Below, in pieces: positions 1 through 9,526 of a stretch of 64,000 nucleotides of DNA (positions are counted from its first letter, which is position 1; the number at the start of each line of letters is the position of its first letter). Both the position numbers and the translations under genes were made by a program. Source of the DNA: an uncultured Acidobacteriota bacterium (GTDB lineage: Bacteria > Acidobacteriota > Thermoanaerobaculia > Multivoradales > UBA5704); NCBI GenBank assembly GCA_963700145.1, contig OY969474.1, forward strand, positions 5,088,001 through 5,152,000, read 5' to 3'. The notes below the pieces were generated by a model, which had not been told where the DNA came from, made no database searches, and saw only the letters and a program-made list of their open reading frames with translations.

Positions 1-498
1 GAGGCGGACGTGCGCTTCCTGGCGATCGCCGCCGAGGACCTACCGGCGCGCGCCGCGCGCGGGCTCTTCCGCCCCGACCTCTTCTACCGCCTGGAGGTGC
101 TGGCCTTCCGTCTGCCGTCCCTGCGCGAGCGGCGGGAGGACCTGCCGGCGCTCGCCGAGCGCCTCCTCGCCGACTTGGGGGAACGGCTCGGCCGGCCGGC
201 GCCGCGGCTCGCCGCCGGGGCGCTCGACTGGATGCTGGCGCACCCCTGGCCGGGCAACGTCCGCCAGCTCCGCAACGTCCTCGAGCGCGGGCTGGTAATG
301 GCCGCCGGCGCCGAGGTGGACCCGCCGCGCCCGGAAGGGTGGGAGGGGGAGCGGCCGCGCCGGCTGGCGGCGGTCGAGGAGGCGGAGATCCGCCGCGCGC
401 TGGCCTACACGCGCGGCCACCAGGGGCGGGCGGCGGAGCTCCTGGGGATCAGCCGCAAGTCGCTCTGGGAGAGGCGGCGGCGCCTGGGGATCCCCTGA
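1..498 (+). CDS. Sigma-54-interacting (NtrC/Fis-family) transcriptional regulator, C-terminal part (5' end outside window)
   Basis: FRPDLFYRL, WPGNVRQLRN and C-terminal HTH AAELLGISRKSLW. Confidence 0.9.
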   Translation, partial: EADVRFLAIAAEDLPARAARGLFRPDLFYRLEVLAFRLPSLRERREDLPALAERLLADLGERLGRPAPRLAAGALDWMLAHPWPGNVRQLRNVLERGLVMAAGAEVDPPRPEGWEGERPRRLAAVEEAEIRRALAYTRGHQGRAAELLGISRKSLWERRRRLGIP

Positions 499-902
499 TG
501 GGCGAGCGGGTGCTGCATCCCGATCTGACCGCGGAGGAGCGGCGGAAGCTGGTCTGGGAGGGGATCGAGCGCTTCAACGCCGGGCGCTTTTACGACGCGC
601 ACGAGTCGTGGGAGGAGGTCTGGAGGTCGACGACGCCGGAGCCGAAGGACCTCTTCCAGGGCTTGGTGCAGGTCGCCGCCGGGATGCACCACGTGCTCGA
701 CCGCGCCGCGCCCGAGCCGGGCCGGCGAGTGCTCGGCAAGGGGCGCCGGCGGCTGGAGCCGCTGGGGGCGGTTTGCTGCGGAATGGATCTGACGGCGCTC
801 GTCGGTGCCGTGGTTGCTTGGGAGGACTGGCTGGAGAAAGGCGCCGATCCCGCGCCTACACCGCCCTCTGTTCAGGTGCTCGACCCTACCCAGGTCCGCT
901 GA
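498..902 (+). CDS. DUF309 family protein
   Basis: FNAGRFYDAHESWEEVW...FQGLVQVAAGMHH; ATG overlaps upstream TGA (TGATG). Confidence 0.85.
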   Translation: MGERVLHPDLTAEERRKLVWEGIERFNAGRFYDAHESWEEVWRSTTPEPKDLFQGLVQVAAGMHHVLDRAAPEPGRRVLGKGRRRLEPLGAVCCGMDLTALVGAVVAWEDWLEKGADPAPTPPSVQVLDPTQVR

Positions 903-931
903 GGTGAGCTAAGAGGCTTGCTGCGGCCGTT

Positions 932-1115
932 CCGGTGTGGGGTCCCGCAGGTCTCCTCCGCGCCGGGCGCTCCTTTGTGTCCGCGCTTCGCGTGCTGGTA
1001 CAGGAGGGTGTTGCCGGCAAACACGGCGGTGGCTCCGGCGCCTCGCACGGTGGACTGCCAGGGGGGGCGGACGGAGCGCCCGGCGCTCCAGAGATCCTGC
1101 GGGCCCTAGAACCGG
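932..1115. repeat. Imperfect long inverted repeat (MITE/REP-like)
   Basis: gcgccgggcgctcc (960-973) pairs with ggagcgcccggcgc (1073-1086); outer arms cccgcaggtctc / gagatcctgcggg. Confidence 0.6.
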
Positions 1116-1157
1116 CGGTGGAGCCACCTGCGGAGAGGGTGCCCATGCCGCCCCTCC

Positions 1158-1262
1158 TGTCATCCCGAGCGTGAGCGAGGGATCTGGGGGCGGGGTGGCG
1201 CGAAGACCCACCAGCATCGCACCGCCCCCCACCCAGATCCTTCGCTCTCGCTCAGGATGACA
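1158..1262. repeat. REP-like palindromic element (GTCATCC.GAGCG..AGCGA.GGATCT family)
   Basis: tgtcatcccgagcgtgagcgagggatctgg...ccagatccttcgctctcgctcaggatgaca; second copy at 60243-60331. Confidence 0.85.
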
Positions 1263-1321
1263 AGGGGAGGGTGCTCTGTCTTTTCTCTGCCGGACGTCAC
1301 TTCAGAGATTCGAGTCATGGC

Positions 1322-1493
1322 GCCGCGTGATGTGCCGGGCCAGAGGCCCGCGAAGCGGCGCGTTCCGGTGCGGGGGCCACTGCCGTACGCGAACGAAGCC
1401 GACCTGACTCGTCCACCACTGCCTCTCCCAACCAGGAACCCGCGAAGCGGGCGCGCCTCTTCGCGGGCCGGGTGGCCCGGCATCTCACGCGGC
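1322..1493. repeat. Long inverted-repeat element
   Basis: gccgcgtgatgtgccgggcca / tggcccggcatctcacgcggc plus inner arms ggcccgcgaagcggcgcg / cgcgcctcttcgcgggcc. Confidence 0.7.
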
Positions 1494-1531
1494 ACTATCC
1501 GCCCCGCGCGGAACTCCTGGGTGGGGGAAAG

Positions 1532-2578
1532 CTAAGCGCCTTGGTCGCGGGTGAGGGGCCGGCGGACGCCGCTCTCCAGCAGCGAATCGAAGAGCTCGGC
1601 AGGCAGGGAGAGGCCGGGGTGGACGTGGCGGTAGCGCTCGCGGAGGCGGCGAAGCTCGACTTCGGGGAGGCGGGCGAAGGCTTCGACGATGTCGGGGTCG
1701 AGCTGCGTCCCCGCCACCTTCTGCAGCTCCGCCACCGCCGCCGCGTGCCCGCGCGCCCGGCGGTAGGGGCGGTCCGAAGTGATCGCGTCGTACGTGTCCA
1801 CCACCGCGAAGATCCGCGCCGTCAGTGGGATCGCCGCGCCGGACAGCCCGCGCGGGTAACCTGCCCCGTCCCAGCGCTCGTGGTGCGAATAGACGATGTC
1901 GATCGCCGCCTGCTGCAGAAACCGCACCTCGGCCAGCATCTCGAAGCCCCAGCCCGGGTGCTGCCGCATCACCAGCCAGTCCCCGGTCGACAGCGGCCCA
2001 CCCTTGCGCAGCACCGCGTCCGGCACCACCATCTTGCCGAGATCGTGCAGCAGCGCCCCCCACTCGATCGACTTGAGCAGCGACCGCTCCACCCCCAGCG
2101 CCCGCGCCAGCGTCACCGCGTAGGCGGCGACGCGGAACGAGTGGCCGGTGATCTCGTGGTCGCGCGCGTCGACCGCCGTCACCACCGTCCCCAGCGCCTC
2201 GACGTACGAGCGCTCGCGCGCCTCCAGCGACTCCTCCAGCGTGCGCAGCAGCCGCCGCAGCGTGTGCTCGATCGGCTGCACCGCCGGGCCCCCGCCGGCG
2301 CTCTCGAAGTCGCTCTTGAGCTCGCCGGTGTCGGCCATGCGCGAGATCGTGGCGACCAGGCGGGAGAGGTGGAGCGCCTGCCGGCGCACCGCCAGGAAGG
2401 CGATCTGCGCGGCGAGGACGGCGCCGAGCAGGAGGACGACGACGAGGGTGCCGCGCACGCCCGGCGCCGGCTCCCCGGCCTCGGCAGCGCCGAGGCGCTG
2501 CAGCAGCAGCACGGTCTCGACCGCGAAGGCGGCGGCGGTGAGAACGAGGGCGGTAAGGCAGGCGGCGGAGCAGCGCAT
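1532..2578 (-). CDS. Membrane-anchored HD-GYP domain phosphodiesterase (cyclic di-nucleotide)
   Basis: HDLGK, HHERWDGAGYPRGL, DAITSDRPY; two N-terminal hydrophobic helices; start uncertain (ATG 2578 chosen). Confidence 0.9.
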   Translation of the reverse strand: MRCSAACLTALVLTAAAFAVETVLLLQRLGAAEAGEPAPGVRGTLVVVLLLGAVLAAQIAFLAVRRQALHLSRLVATISRMADTGELKSDFESAGGGPAVQPIEHTLRRLLRTLEESLEARERSYVEALGTVVTAVDARDHEITGHSFRVAAYAVTLARALGVERSLLKSIEWGALLHDLGKMVVPDAVLRKGGPLSTGDWLVMRQHPGWGFEMLAEVRFLQQAAIDIVYSHHERWDGAGYPRGLSGAAIPLTARIFAVVDTYDAITSDRPYRRARGHAAAVAELQKVAGTQLDPDIVEAFARLPEVELRRLRERYRHVHPGLSLPAELFDSLLESGVRRPLTRDQGA

Positions 2579-2754
2579 CCCGGGGGCTTTAAGAGAATAC
2601 GTCAATTTGCGCGATCCCTGTGGTCGGTCGTGCGCGCGAGACCCCTCCTTCTTGGCGCATGGCTCTACTGGTACGAGTGCCGCCGGGAGCGCGGAGCGGG
2701 ACGCCGTCGCCGCGGGCCGGAACTTGTTGCCTGCGCTCGCTATCATGGCGCTCC

Positions 2755-4197
2755 GTGCTCGCCCTGGTTGCCGCGGGACTGCTCGCCGCTCTCGCCCCCG
2801 CCGCCCCTCCCGCTGCACCTCGGCCCCAGTGGGTCACCGCGCCGGCCCCCGCGGTTCAAGAGATGGCGCAGGGGCTCGCCGGTTTCGGCCCCCGGCCGGC
2901 GGGCTCGGCGGCGCACGAAGCGGCCGCCGTCTGGCTGCTGGCGACCATGCGCGCCGCCGGTCTCGAGCAAGTGCGCGCCTGGCCGCTCCCCGGGCGCCCC
3001 CGGCTGCGCAACCTGATCGGCGTCGTACCCGGGGAGCCCGGCGGCGGCGAAGTTCTCCTCACGGCGCACTACGACACCGTCCCGGCGAGCCCCGGCGCCG
3101 GCGACGACGCCTCGGGGTGCGCCGTGGCCATCGCCGCCGCCGCCGAGCTGCGGCGGACGCCGCTCCGCCACACCGTCCGCGTCGTCCTCTTCGACGGCGA
3201 GGAGGACGGCCTGCACGGCAGCCGCGCCTTCCTGCGCGCCCGCGGGCAGGCCGGCCGCGACGCGACCCTCGCCGTCTTGAACCTCGAGATGTTGGGATGG
3301 CGCGAGAGCCCGGGGGCGACGATCCTCGCCTGGGGGGTGCCGCGCGACGGCCGCCTGGCGCAGCCGCCGGCCTGGCTGGTGCACGCCCTGCTGCGCGCCG
3401 GCGAGGCGGTGGATTGGCCGCTGGCGCTCACCGACCCGACGGTGCCGCTGCTCTCGCAGCTCCTCGTGCGCTCGACCCGCCCGGCCTTCGGCAGCGACGC
3501 CGATCCCTTCATCGCCGCCGGCGTGCCCGCGGTGACCGTCTCGGACAGCCCGCTCCTCGCGCTCGACCCGGCGTACCACACCGCCGCGGACACCGCCGAG
3601 CGCCTCGACGCCGCGCGCCTGGCGCGCTGGACGGAGGCGACGGCCGCCGCCGTGCGCCGGCTCGACGCCCTCGCCGGCCGGCCGGTGCCGGAGGACCGCT
3701 ACCTCGTCGGCCTGGGCCGCGTCTGGCTGCACCGCGACCTGCTCTGGGTCGGCTTCCTGCTCTGGGCGCTCCTCGTCGTGCGCGGCCTCGCCGGCCGCCG
3801 CCGCCGGCGCGACGCTCCGCCCGAGGAGCGGCTGGCGGCGCAGCGGCGGGGGCTCCCGGCGTTCGTCTTCCGCGCCCTGCTGCTCGCGGCGGTGGTGACG
3901 GCGCCGGTCTTCGCGGTGCTCCTCTGGCCGGCCGCCGCGCTTGCGGCATGGCTGCCGCGCCGCCGCGCGCTGCGCCTGCTCTGGACGGGGCTGGCGGCCC
4001 TGCCCGCCGCCGCTTACGCCGCGACGCTCCTCTACGCCTGGGGGAAGGGCCTCGTCGGCCCCTGGGCGCCGCCCCTCCCCGGCTTCGCCTTCGTCGCCGC
4101 GGCCCTCGCCGCCTTCCTCTACCTCTGCGCGCGCGAGGAAGCTGCCAGCTCCGCCAGCAGCCCGATCGCCCGGTCGCACTCCTCCTCGGAGGTGTAG
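2755..4197 (+). CDS. M28 family metallopeptidase with C-terminal transmembrane helices
   Basis: TAHYDTV, GAGDDASG, FDGEEDGL, NLEM, YHTAADT; start uncertain (GTG 2755 follows TATCAT). Confidence 0.85.
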   Translation: MLALVAAGLLAALAPAAPPAAPRPQWVTAPAPAVQEMAQGLAGFGPRPAGSAAHEAAAVWLLATMRAAGLEQVRAWPLPGRPRLRNLIGVVPGEPGGGEVLLTAHYDTVPASPGAGDDASGCAVAIAAAAELRRTPLRHTVRVVLFDGEEDGLHGSRAFLRARGQAGRDATLAVLNLEMLGWRESPGATILAWGVPRDGRLAQPPAWLVHALLRAGEAVDWPLALTDPTVPLLSQLLVRSTRPAFGSDADPFIAAGVPAVTVSDSPLLALDPAYHTAADTAERLDAARLARWTEATAAAVRRLDALAGRPVPEDRYLVGLGRVWLHRDLLWVGFLLWALLVVRGLAGRRRRRDAPPEERLAAQRRGLPAFVFRALLLAAVVTAPVFAVLLWPAAALAAWLPRRRALRLLWTGLAALPAAAYAATLLYAWGKGLVGPWAPPLPGFAFVAAALAAFLYLCAREEAASSASSPIARSHSSSEV

Positions 4198-5315
4198 AAG
4201 TGCGGCGCCAGGCGGATGCCCGCGCCCGGGCGGAAGTCGCAGATGACCTCGCGCGAGAGGAGCTCGCGGCAGAGCCGCTCGCCGTCGGGGTGCCAGACGG
4301 TGACGGTGCCGCCGCGCCGCTCCAGGTCGCGCGGCGAGCGCACCTCGAAGCCGGCGGCCAGCGCCGCGTCGACGAGCCGGCCGGTCAACGCCAGCGACCG
4401 CTCGCGGATGCGCCGCGCCCCGACCGCGGCGACGATCCGGTAGCCCGGCCGGCAGGCGTAGAGGGCCGGGACGTTCGGCGTGCCGGTGAGGAAGCGCCAG
4501 GCGCCGGCGGCCGGCCGGATCGGCCCGGAGCGGAAGGCGAAGGGCTCCTCGTCGGCCTGCCAGCCGGTCAGCGCCGGCGCCAGCCGTCCGGCCAGGTCGG
4601 GGCGGACCCAGAGGTAGCCCGCGCCCGGCCCGCCGCACAGCCACTTGACCGAGCCGCCGACCGCGGCGTCCACGCCCCAGGCCGCGAGCTCCAGCGGCAG
4701 CGAGCCGGTCGACTGGTAGACGTCGAGGAGGAGGAGGGCGCCGGCCTCGCGGCAGCGGCGGGCGATCGCCGCGGCGTCCTGCACCCAGGCGCTCTTGAAG
4801 AGGACGTGGGAGACGGCGACCAGGCGGGTGCGCTCGTCGATCGCGGCGAGCAGGCGGTCGGTCTCGACGCCGAGGCCGTCCTCGCCGGCCGGCACCGTCA
4901 CCACCTCCGCCCCCTTCCGCCGCTCCCCGTCGACGAGGTAGAGGAGAGTGGGGAAGTCGAGGTCGGTGGTGACGACGCGGTTGCGCTGCGGCGGGTAGTC
5001 GAGGCAGGAGAGGAAGACCCCCGCCGCGACGGTGACGTTCTGGTGCATCGAGACCTCGCCGGGGCCGACGCCGAGGAGAGGCGCCAGGAGGTCGCCGGTC
5101 GTGACCGGCATCTCCCACCACCCCTCGTGCCAGGCGCGCACGCCGCGCTCCTCCCAGGCGCGGGCGTAGGCGGCCAGCTCGGCGTGGACGCCGCGCGGCA
5201 TCGCGCCCAAGGAGTTGCTGATCAGGTAGGTGGTGCGGGCGAGGATCGGAAACTCCTCGCGCAGGGCGAGCAAACCGAGGTCCGGGCTCATCGGCTCGGT
5301 GACAAGGAGGTTCAT
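4119..5315 (-). CDS. Kynureninase-like PLP-dependent class V aminotransferase
   Basis: SNSLGAMP, DVYQS, GGSVKWLCGGPG, IRLAPHFY; ATGA overlap with upstream gene. Confidence 0.8.
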   Translation of the reverse strand: MNLLVTEPMSPDLGLLALREEFPILARTTYLISNSLGAMPRGVHAELAAYARAWEERGVRAWHEGWWEMPVTTGDLLAPLLGVGPGEVSMHQNVTVAAGVFLSCLDYPPQRNRVVTTDLDFPTLLYLVDGERRKGAEVVTVPAGEDGLGVETDRLLAAIDERTRLVAVSHVLFKSAWVQDAAAIARRCREAGALLLLDVYQSTGSLPLELAAWGVDAAVGGSVKWLCGGPGAGYLWVRPDLAGRLAPALTGWQADEEPFAFRSGPIRPAAGAWRFLTGTPNVPALYACRPGYRIVAAVGARRIRERSLALTGRLVDAALAAGFEVRSPRDLERRGGTVTVWHPDGERLCRELLSREVICDFRPGAGIRLAPHFYTSEEECDRAIGLLAELAASSRAQR

Positions 5316-6196
5316 TCCTTCCACCCGAAGATCTTGTAGGCATTGGCCCGCAGGACCTTGCGCACCACCGCGTCAGGGAGTCCAAGCGCCAGAAAGTCCT
5401 GGATGTTTTCCCCGAGATCGCGCACCCCCGGGCTCGGCCAGTCGGTCCCCCAGAGGACCTTGTCGGCGATCTCCGGCAGGCGCGGCAGGTACTGGAGGAG
5501 CCGCTTCGGCGGGATGCCCGAGACGTCGAGGTAGACGTTGGGGTGCCGGCGGGCCAGGAAGAAGCACGTCTCCATGTAGAGCGGCCGGCCGGCGTGCGCG
5601 AGGATGAGCGTCAGGTCGGGGAAGTCCACCGCCACGTCGTCGCAGGGCATCGGGTCGGCGAAGCGGTTGCGGGCGCCGGGGAAGACCGAGGTGCCGGTGT
5701 GGACCATGACCGGCATCCCGAGCGCCTGCGCCGTCTCGTAGACCCGGCCGAGCCCGGGCAGGTCGAAGAGGTAGGCGTTGGCCGCGTGCTCCTGGTGCGG
5801 CGGGTGGACCTTCAAGCCGCGGATCCCCAGCTCGCGCAGCCGCTCCACCTCGCCGCCGGGGTCGTCGACGTGACGCGGGTGGACGCCGCCGAAGGGGATC
5901 AGCCGGTCGGGCGCGTGGCGGGCGATCCCGGCCACGAAGTAATTCACCGCCGCGGTGAAGCCCATCAGGTCGGGCGCGACGTAGTTGATCATCGCGATCC
6001 GCTCGACCCCCGCCCGGTCCATCCGCGCCAGGATCTCGTCGGGGCGCCGCATCAGCGCCGCGAGCGCCGCCTGCTCGGCCGGGTCCTTGCCGATCTTCGC
6101 CCGCGCCTCCGGGCGCATCTCCTCCCAGGGCTGGATGTGGACGTGGAGGTCGATGACCGGCACCGGCGGCCGCACGGCCGCGGCCGCCTCCCGCAC
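5312..6196 (-). CDS. Amidohydrolase_2 family metal-dependent hydrolase
   Basis: IDLHVH, GLKVHP, VHTG, LAHAG, WGTDWP; GTG overlaps upstream TAG. Confidence 0.88.
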   Translation of the reverse strand: MREAAAAVRPPVPVIDLHVHIQPWEEMRPEARAKIGKDPAEQAALAALMRRPDEILARMDRAGVERIAMINYVAPDLMGFTAAVNYFVAGIARHAPDRLIPFGGVHPRHVDDPGGEVERLRELGIRGLKVHPPHQEHAANAYLFDLPGLGRVYETAQALGMPVMVHTGTSVFPGARNRFADPMPCDDVAVDFPDLTLILAHAGRPLYMETCFFLARRHPNVYLDVSGIPPKRLLQYLPRLPEIADKVLWGTDWPSPGVRDLGENIQDFLALGLPDAVVRKVLRANAYKIFGWKE

Positions 6197-6972
6197 TAGC
6201 GCCCCTTCCACTGCGCCGGCCGCTTCTCCAGGAAGGCCGCCACCCCTTCCGCCTTGTCCTCGGTCGAGAAGAGGAGGCAGAAGAGGTCGCGCTCGTAGAG
6301 GATCCCCTCCTCGATGGCCAGCCGCTGGCTGGCGCGCACCGACTCCTTGGCGATCTTGAGCGTCAGCGGGCTCCTGCCGGCGATCTTGGCCGCCAGCTCG
6401 AAGGTCTTCGCCCGCAGCTCCTCGTGCGGCACGACGAGCTCGACCAAGCCGATCTCCTTGGCCTCGGCGGCGCCGATCATGTCGCCGCTCAGGACCAGCC
6501 GCATCGCGTGCCCGAGCCCGACCAGCCGCGGCAGCCGCTGGGTGCCGCCGCCGCCGGGGATGAGACCCAGGTTGATCTCCGGCTGGCCGAAGCGGGCCTT
6601 GTCCGAGGCCACCCGCAGGTCGCAGGAGAGGGCCAGCTCGCAGCCGCCGCCCAGGCAGAAGCCGTTGATCATGGCGATGACCGGCTTGGGGAAGAGCGCC
6701 ATCGCCTCGAAGATGCGCGGCGGGCGCATGGCGTGCCGCTGGTCGAGCGGGGTGCGGCCGGCGAACTCGCCGATGTCGGCGCCGGCGACGAACGACTTCT
6801 CGCCCGCGCCGGTCAGGACGACGACGCCCACGCCGGCGTCGGCCTCCAGCTCGGCGAGGGCGGCGAGCAGCTCCTCGCGCACCTGCTCGTTGAGGGCGTT
6901 GAGCTTGTCGGGTCGGTTGAAGGTCAGCAGCGCGACGCGCCCCTCGCGCTCCAGCAGGATGGTCTCGGGCAT
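6196..6972 (-). CDS. Enoyl-CoA hydratase/isomerase (crotonase)
   Basis: AGADI, GGGCELA, FGQPEINLG, PGGGGTQRL. Confidence 0.93.
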   Translation of the reverse strand: MPETILLEREGRVALLTFNRPDKLNALNEQVREELLAALAELEADAGVGVVVLTGAGEKSFVAGADIGEFAGRTPLDQRHAMRPPRIFEAMALFPKPVIAMINGFCLGGGCELALSCDLRVASDKARFGQPEINLGLIPGGGGTQRLPRLVGLGHAMRLVLSGDMIGAAEAKEIGLVELVVPHEELRAKTFELAAKIAGRSPLTLKIAKESVRASQRLAIEEGILYERDLFCLLFSTEDKAEGVAAFLEKRPAQWKGR

Positions 6973-7123
6973 CGGGTCTCCTCCGGGAGAGGCTTCTGGC
7001 CGCGGAAGCTATCGCAGGGAGTGGCCGCGAGGCCATCTGGGAGCGCGCGGCGCAGGCCAACGAGGCGTGGCTTGGAGAGGGTTGCCTTGGCCGCAGGTTG
7101 CCGCCTTGTGCACGGGCATTTCA

Positions 7124-7152
7124 TTGACTTAGGTAGGAAGACCGCGTAGGAT
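7124..7152 (+). promoter_or_regulatory. Sigma70-type promoter
   Basis: TTGACT-17 nt-TAGGAT upstream of the 7277 ORF. Confidence 0.6.
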
Positions 7153-7276
7153 AAAACACAGCTGTGATCTTTCAACAGGAGGTGATGATCCACTCGGTTT
7201 GAAGTGTGGGGTCTGTCTTCGGACCCCCGTTAAGGCTCTTTGAAAAACCGCTCTGAACACAAAAGGAGCCGGATCC

Positions 7277-7555
7277 ATGGATCCGCTTACGCAGTTTGGG
7301 TGGGGATTCGCTGGAAGTGTAGCCCTTGAAATCCTGCTGCTACACCGCGTGGTCAGGTCGGGAAGATCAACCCCTAGGTACTTCAGAGGCGCCCGATACT
7401 GGGTAGTCTCTCTTCTTGTTGCGGTGGTCGCTGGAACCTTGGCTGTGGCAATGCAGGTACCTACGCCGCTACTGGCAATGCAGCTCGGCATCGCTACGCC
7501 CATGATCATCAGCCGTTGGTCGAAAGAGCGCCCGCTCGCTGAGGATCGCGGCTGA
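7277..7555 (+). CDS. Small hypothetical membrane protein (92 aa)
   Basis: AAGGAG RBS, 2-3 hydrophobic segments, lower-GC DNA. Confidence 0.65.
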   Translation: MDPLTQFGWGFAGSVALEILLLHRVVRSGRSTPRYFRGARYWVVSLLVAVVAGTLAVAMQVPTPLLAMQLGIATPMIISRWSKERPLAEDRG

Positions 7556-7689
7556 CTCACCTTGAGAGCGACGGGTTCCCACCCGTCGCTCTCCCGTTTG
7601 GCCCTCCGTACAATCTATGACGGCGCACGCGGCCTTCGAGGCCGGGGGAAGCGCTGATCTAGCCGATCTACGGACGGCGCCAGCCCGGG

Positions 7690-8766
7690 TCAGTCGTGCG
7701 ACGCGGGGCCCTCCACGGGCTGCAGCCGCTCCTCGGCGGCCTTGCGCGCCGCCTCCTCGCGCGCGGCGCGCTCGACCTCCTCCTGGGCGTCGTTGTGCGC
7801 CAGCCGCGCCCGCTCGCGCTCGCCGAGGTCGACGGCGTCCTCCTCGGCGCGGGCCCGCGACTCGCGGCCGCGCAGCAGGGCCAGCGCCGCCTCGCCCTCC
7901 AGGCCGAAGAGCGAGCGCAGGTTGAGGTCGCGCTGCGGGAACGGCACCTCGAGCCCGTACTTGTCGAGCGCGGTCTCGAGCGCCCACAGGTACGCGGCCT
8001 GGACCGCGCTCGGCCGCTTGGTGGCCTCGGCCGTGAGCCAGACGACGAGCTCGAAGTCGAGGCTGCTGTCGCCGAACCCGACGAGCCAGACCTGCGGCCG
8101 GCGCGGGCCTTCCAGGGCGACGGTGAAGGGCACCTCGGCGGCCGCCTCGAGGGCGGCCTTCTTGACCAGCTCCTTGTCGCTGCCGTAGGCGATGGCGAAC
8201 GGGATGCGCATGCGCCGCGAGACGTCGCCGTGCGTCCAGTTGACCACCCGGCCGACCACGAACTCCGAGTTGGGCACCAGGATGTCGACGTTGTCGTTGG
8301 TCGAGATGAGGGTCGAGCGGATGTTGATGTCCCGCACCTCGCCGTGCAGGCCCGACTCGAGCTCGACGAAGTCGCCGACCCGCACGCTGCGCTCAAAGAG
8401 CAGGATGATCCCGGAGATGAAGTTGCTGAAGATCGCCTGCAGGCCGAACCCGAGGCCGACGCCGAGGGCCGCGGCCAGCACCGCGAAGCGGCTGGTCGGG
8501 ATGCCGAGGAAGCTCAGCGCGAGCATCACCCCGATGCCGTACAGCGCGTAGGTGGCGATGCGCGAGAGCGTGTAGAAGGCGGCGCGGCTGCGCATCTCGC
8601 GCTGCCCCGCGTGCCGCGCAAAGGCGCGCTGCATCGCCCGCGACAGCGCCCAGATGGCGAGGAAGGTGAGGACGGCGGCGATCACCCCGCCGACCGAGAA
8701 GGAGAACTGCCCCAGCTCGAAGCGGTAGGCGATGACCTGCTGGAGCTGCTCGCGCACGGAGCCCAT
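7690..8766 (-). CDS. Small-conductance mechanosensitive channel (MscS family)
   Basis: GVGLGFGLQAIFSNFISG, VRVGDFVE, VPNSEF, EVPFPQRD; ATG 8766 chosen. Confidence 0.92.
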   Translation of the reverse strand: MGSVREQLQQVIAYRFELGQFSFSVGGVIAAVLTFLAIWALSRAMQRAFARHAGQREMRSRAAFYTLSRIATYALYGIGVMLALSFLGIPTSRFAVLAAALGVGLGFGLQAIFSNFISGIILLFERSVRVGDFVELESGLHGEVRDINIRSTLISTNDNVDILVPNSEFVVGRVVNWTHGDVSRRMRIPFAIAYGSDKELVKKAALEAAAEVPFTVALEGPRRPQVWLVGFGDSSLDFELVVWLTAEATKRPSAVQAAYLWALETALDKYGLEVPFPQRDLNLRSLFGLEGEAALALLRGRESRARAEEDAVDLGERERARLAHNDAQEEVERAAREEAARKAAEERLQPVEGPASHD

Positions 8767-8829
8767 AGGCTCAGGCGATCCTACCCCGGCGGCTCCAGCC
8801 GGCCGTGGGCTTTTCGCTAGACTCCATTC

Positions 8830-9279
8830 GTGCGCGTCTACCTCGACCTCTGCTGCCTCAAGAGGCCTTTCGACCTGCAGGAGGAGCCCCTTATCCGGCT
8901 TCAGACCGAGGCTGTGCTGAGCATCCTCGCCCTTCCGTCCGACACCGTCGAGCTCCTTCAAAGTCCGGCTCTCGTTCTGGAGAACAGCCTCAACCCGAAC
9001 CAGCCCCGCCGTGAGGCGGTCGGCCTCTTGCTGTCGCAGGCAGTTGACATCCCACTCAACGAGACCGACCTGTCCGCGCGCATCGAGGAGATCAACGCGA
9101 GGGGCTTCAAGACCTTCGATGCCTTTCATCTCGCGTGCGCAGAGCTATCTGGCGCCGCTGCTTTTCTCACCGTAGACCTTCAACTCCTTAGACTTGGATC
9201 GCGAATGCCAGGCGAGCTTCGGGTCAAGGTCACCGACCCCGTTCAATTCATCGAGGAGGTCTCCCAGTGGAAGCAATGA
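8830..9279 (+). CDS. PIN-domain (VapC-like) toxin
   Basis: VYLDLCCLKRPFD, FDAFHLACA, FLTVD: PIN acidic residues. Confidence 0.82.
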   Translation: MRVYLDLCCLKRPFDLQEEPLIRLQTEAVLSILALPSDTVELLQSPALVLENSLNPNQPRREAVGLLLSQAVDIPLNETDLSARIEEINARGFKTFDAFHLACAELSGAAAFLTVDLQLLRLGSRMPGELRVKVTDPVQFIEEVSQWKQ

Positions 9280-9479
9280 TCACGAATCAGAGTGAGCTGA
9301 GGGATCGTGGGTTTCGTGCCCTCGTGGAGGCCCTGGGCTGGGCCAACGCAGTCCGATTCCTGCGCCAGTATGACCCCGGCTCAGGAAACTACACCGAGGA
9401 ACGAAGAAACCTGCTGCCGGACTGGGATGCCTCCACCCTTATCCAAAAAGCCAAAGAGGTGCAGAAGCCGCGCGATTGA
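9267..9479 (+). CDS. Putative antitoxin partner of the PIN protein
   Basis: Small overlapping ORF; GFRALVEALG..AVRFLRQYDPGSGNYTEER resembles PIN-associated partners. Confidence 0.65.
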   Translation: MEAMITNQSELRDRGFRALVEALGWANAVRFLRQYDPGSGNYTEERRNLLPDWDASTLIQKAKEVQKPRD

Positions 9480-9526
9480 TCTGTGAGCGGCCGCCTTTCC
9501 GTGCCGTATGCTGCTCGGAGACCGAC

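Noticed and set aside
4119-4197. 79-bp convergent overlap of the M28 and kynureninase-like genes
   Set aside because: Short tail overlaps are common in GC-rich genomes; no further signal
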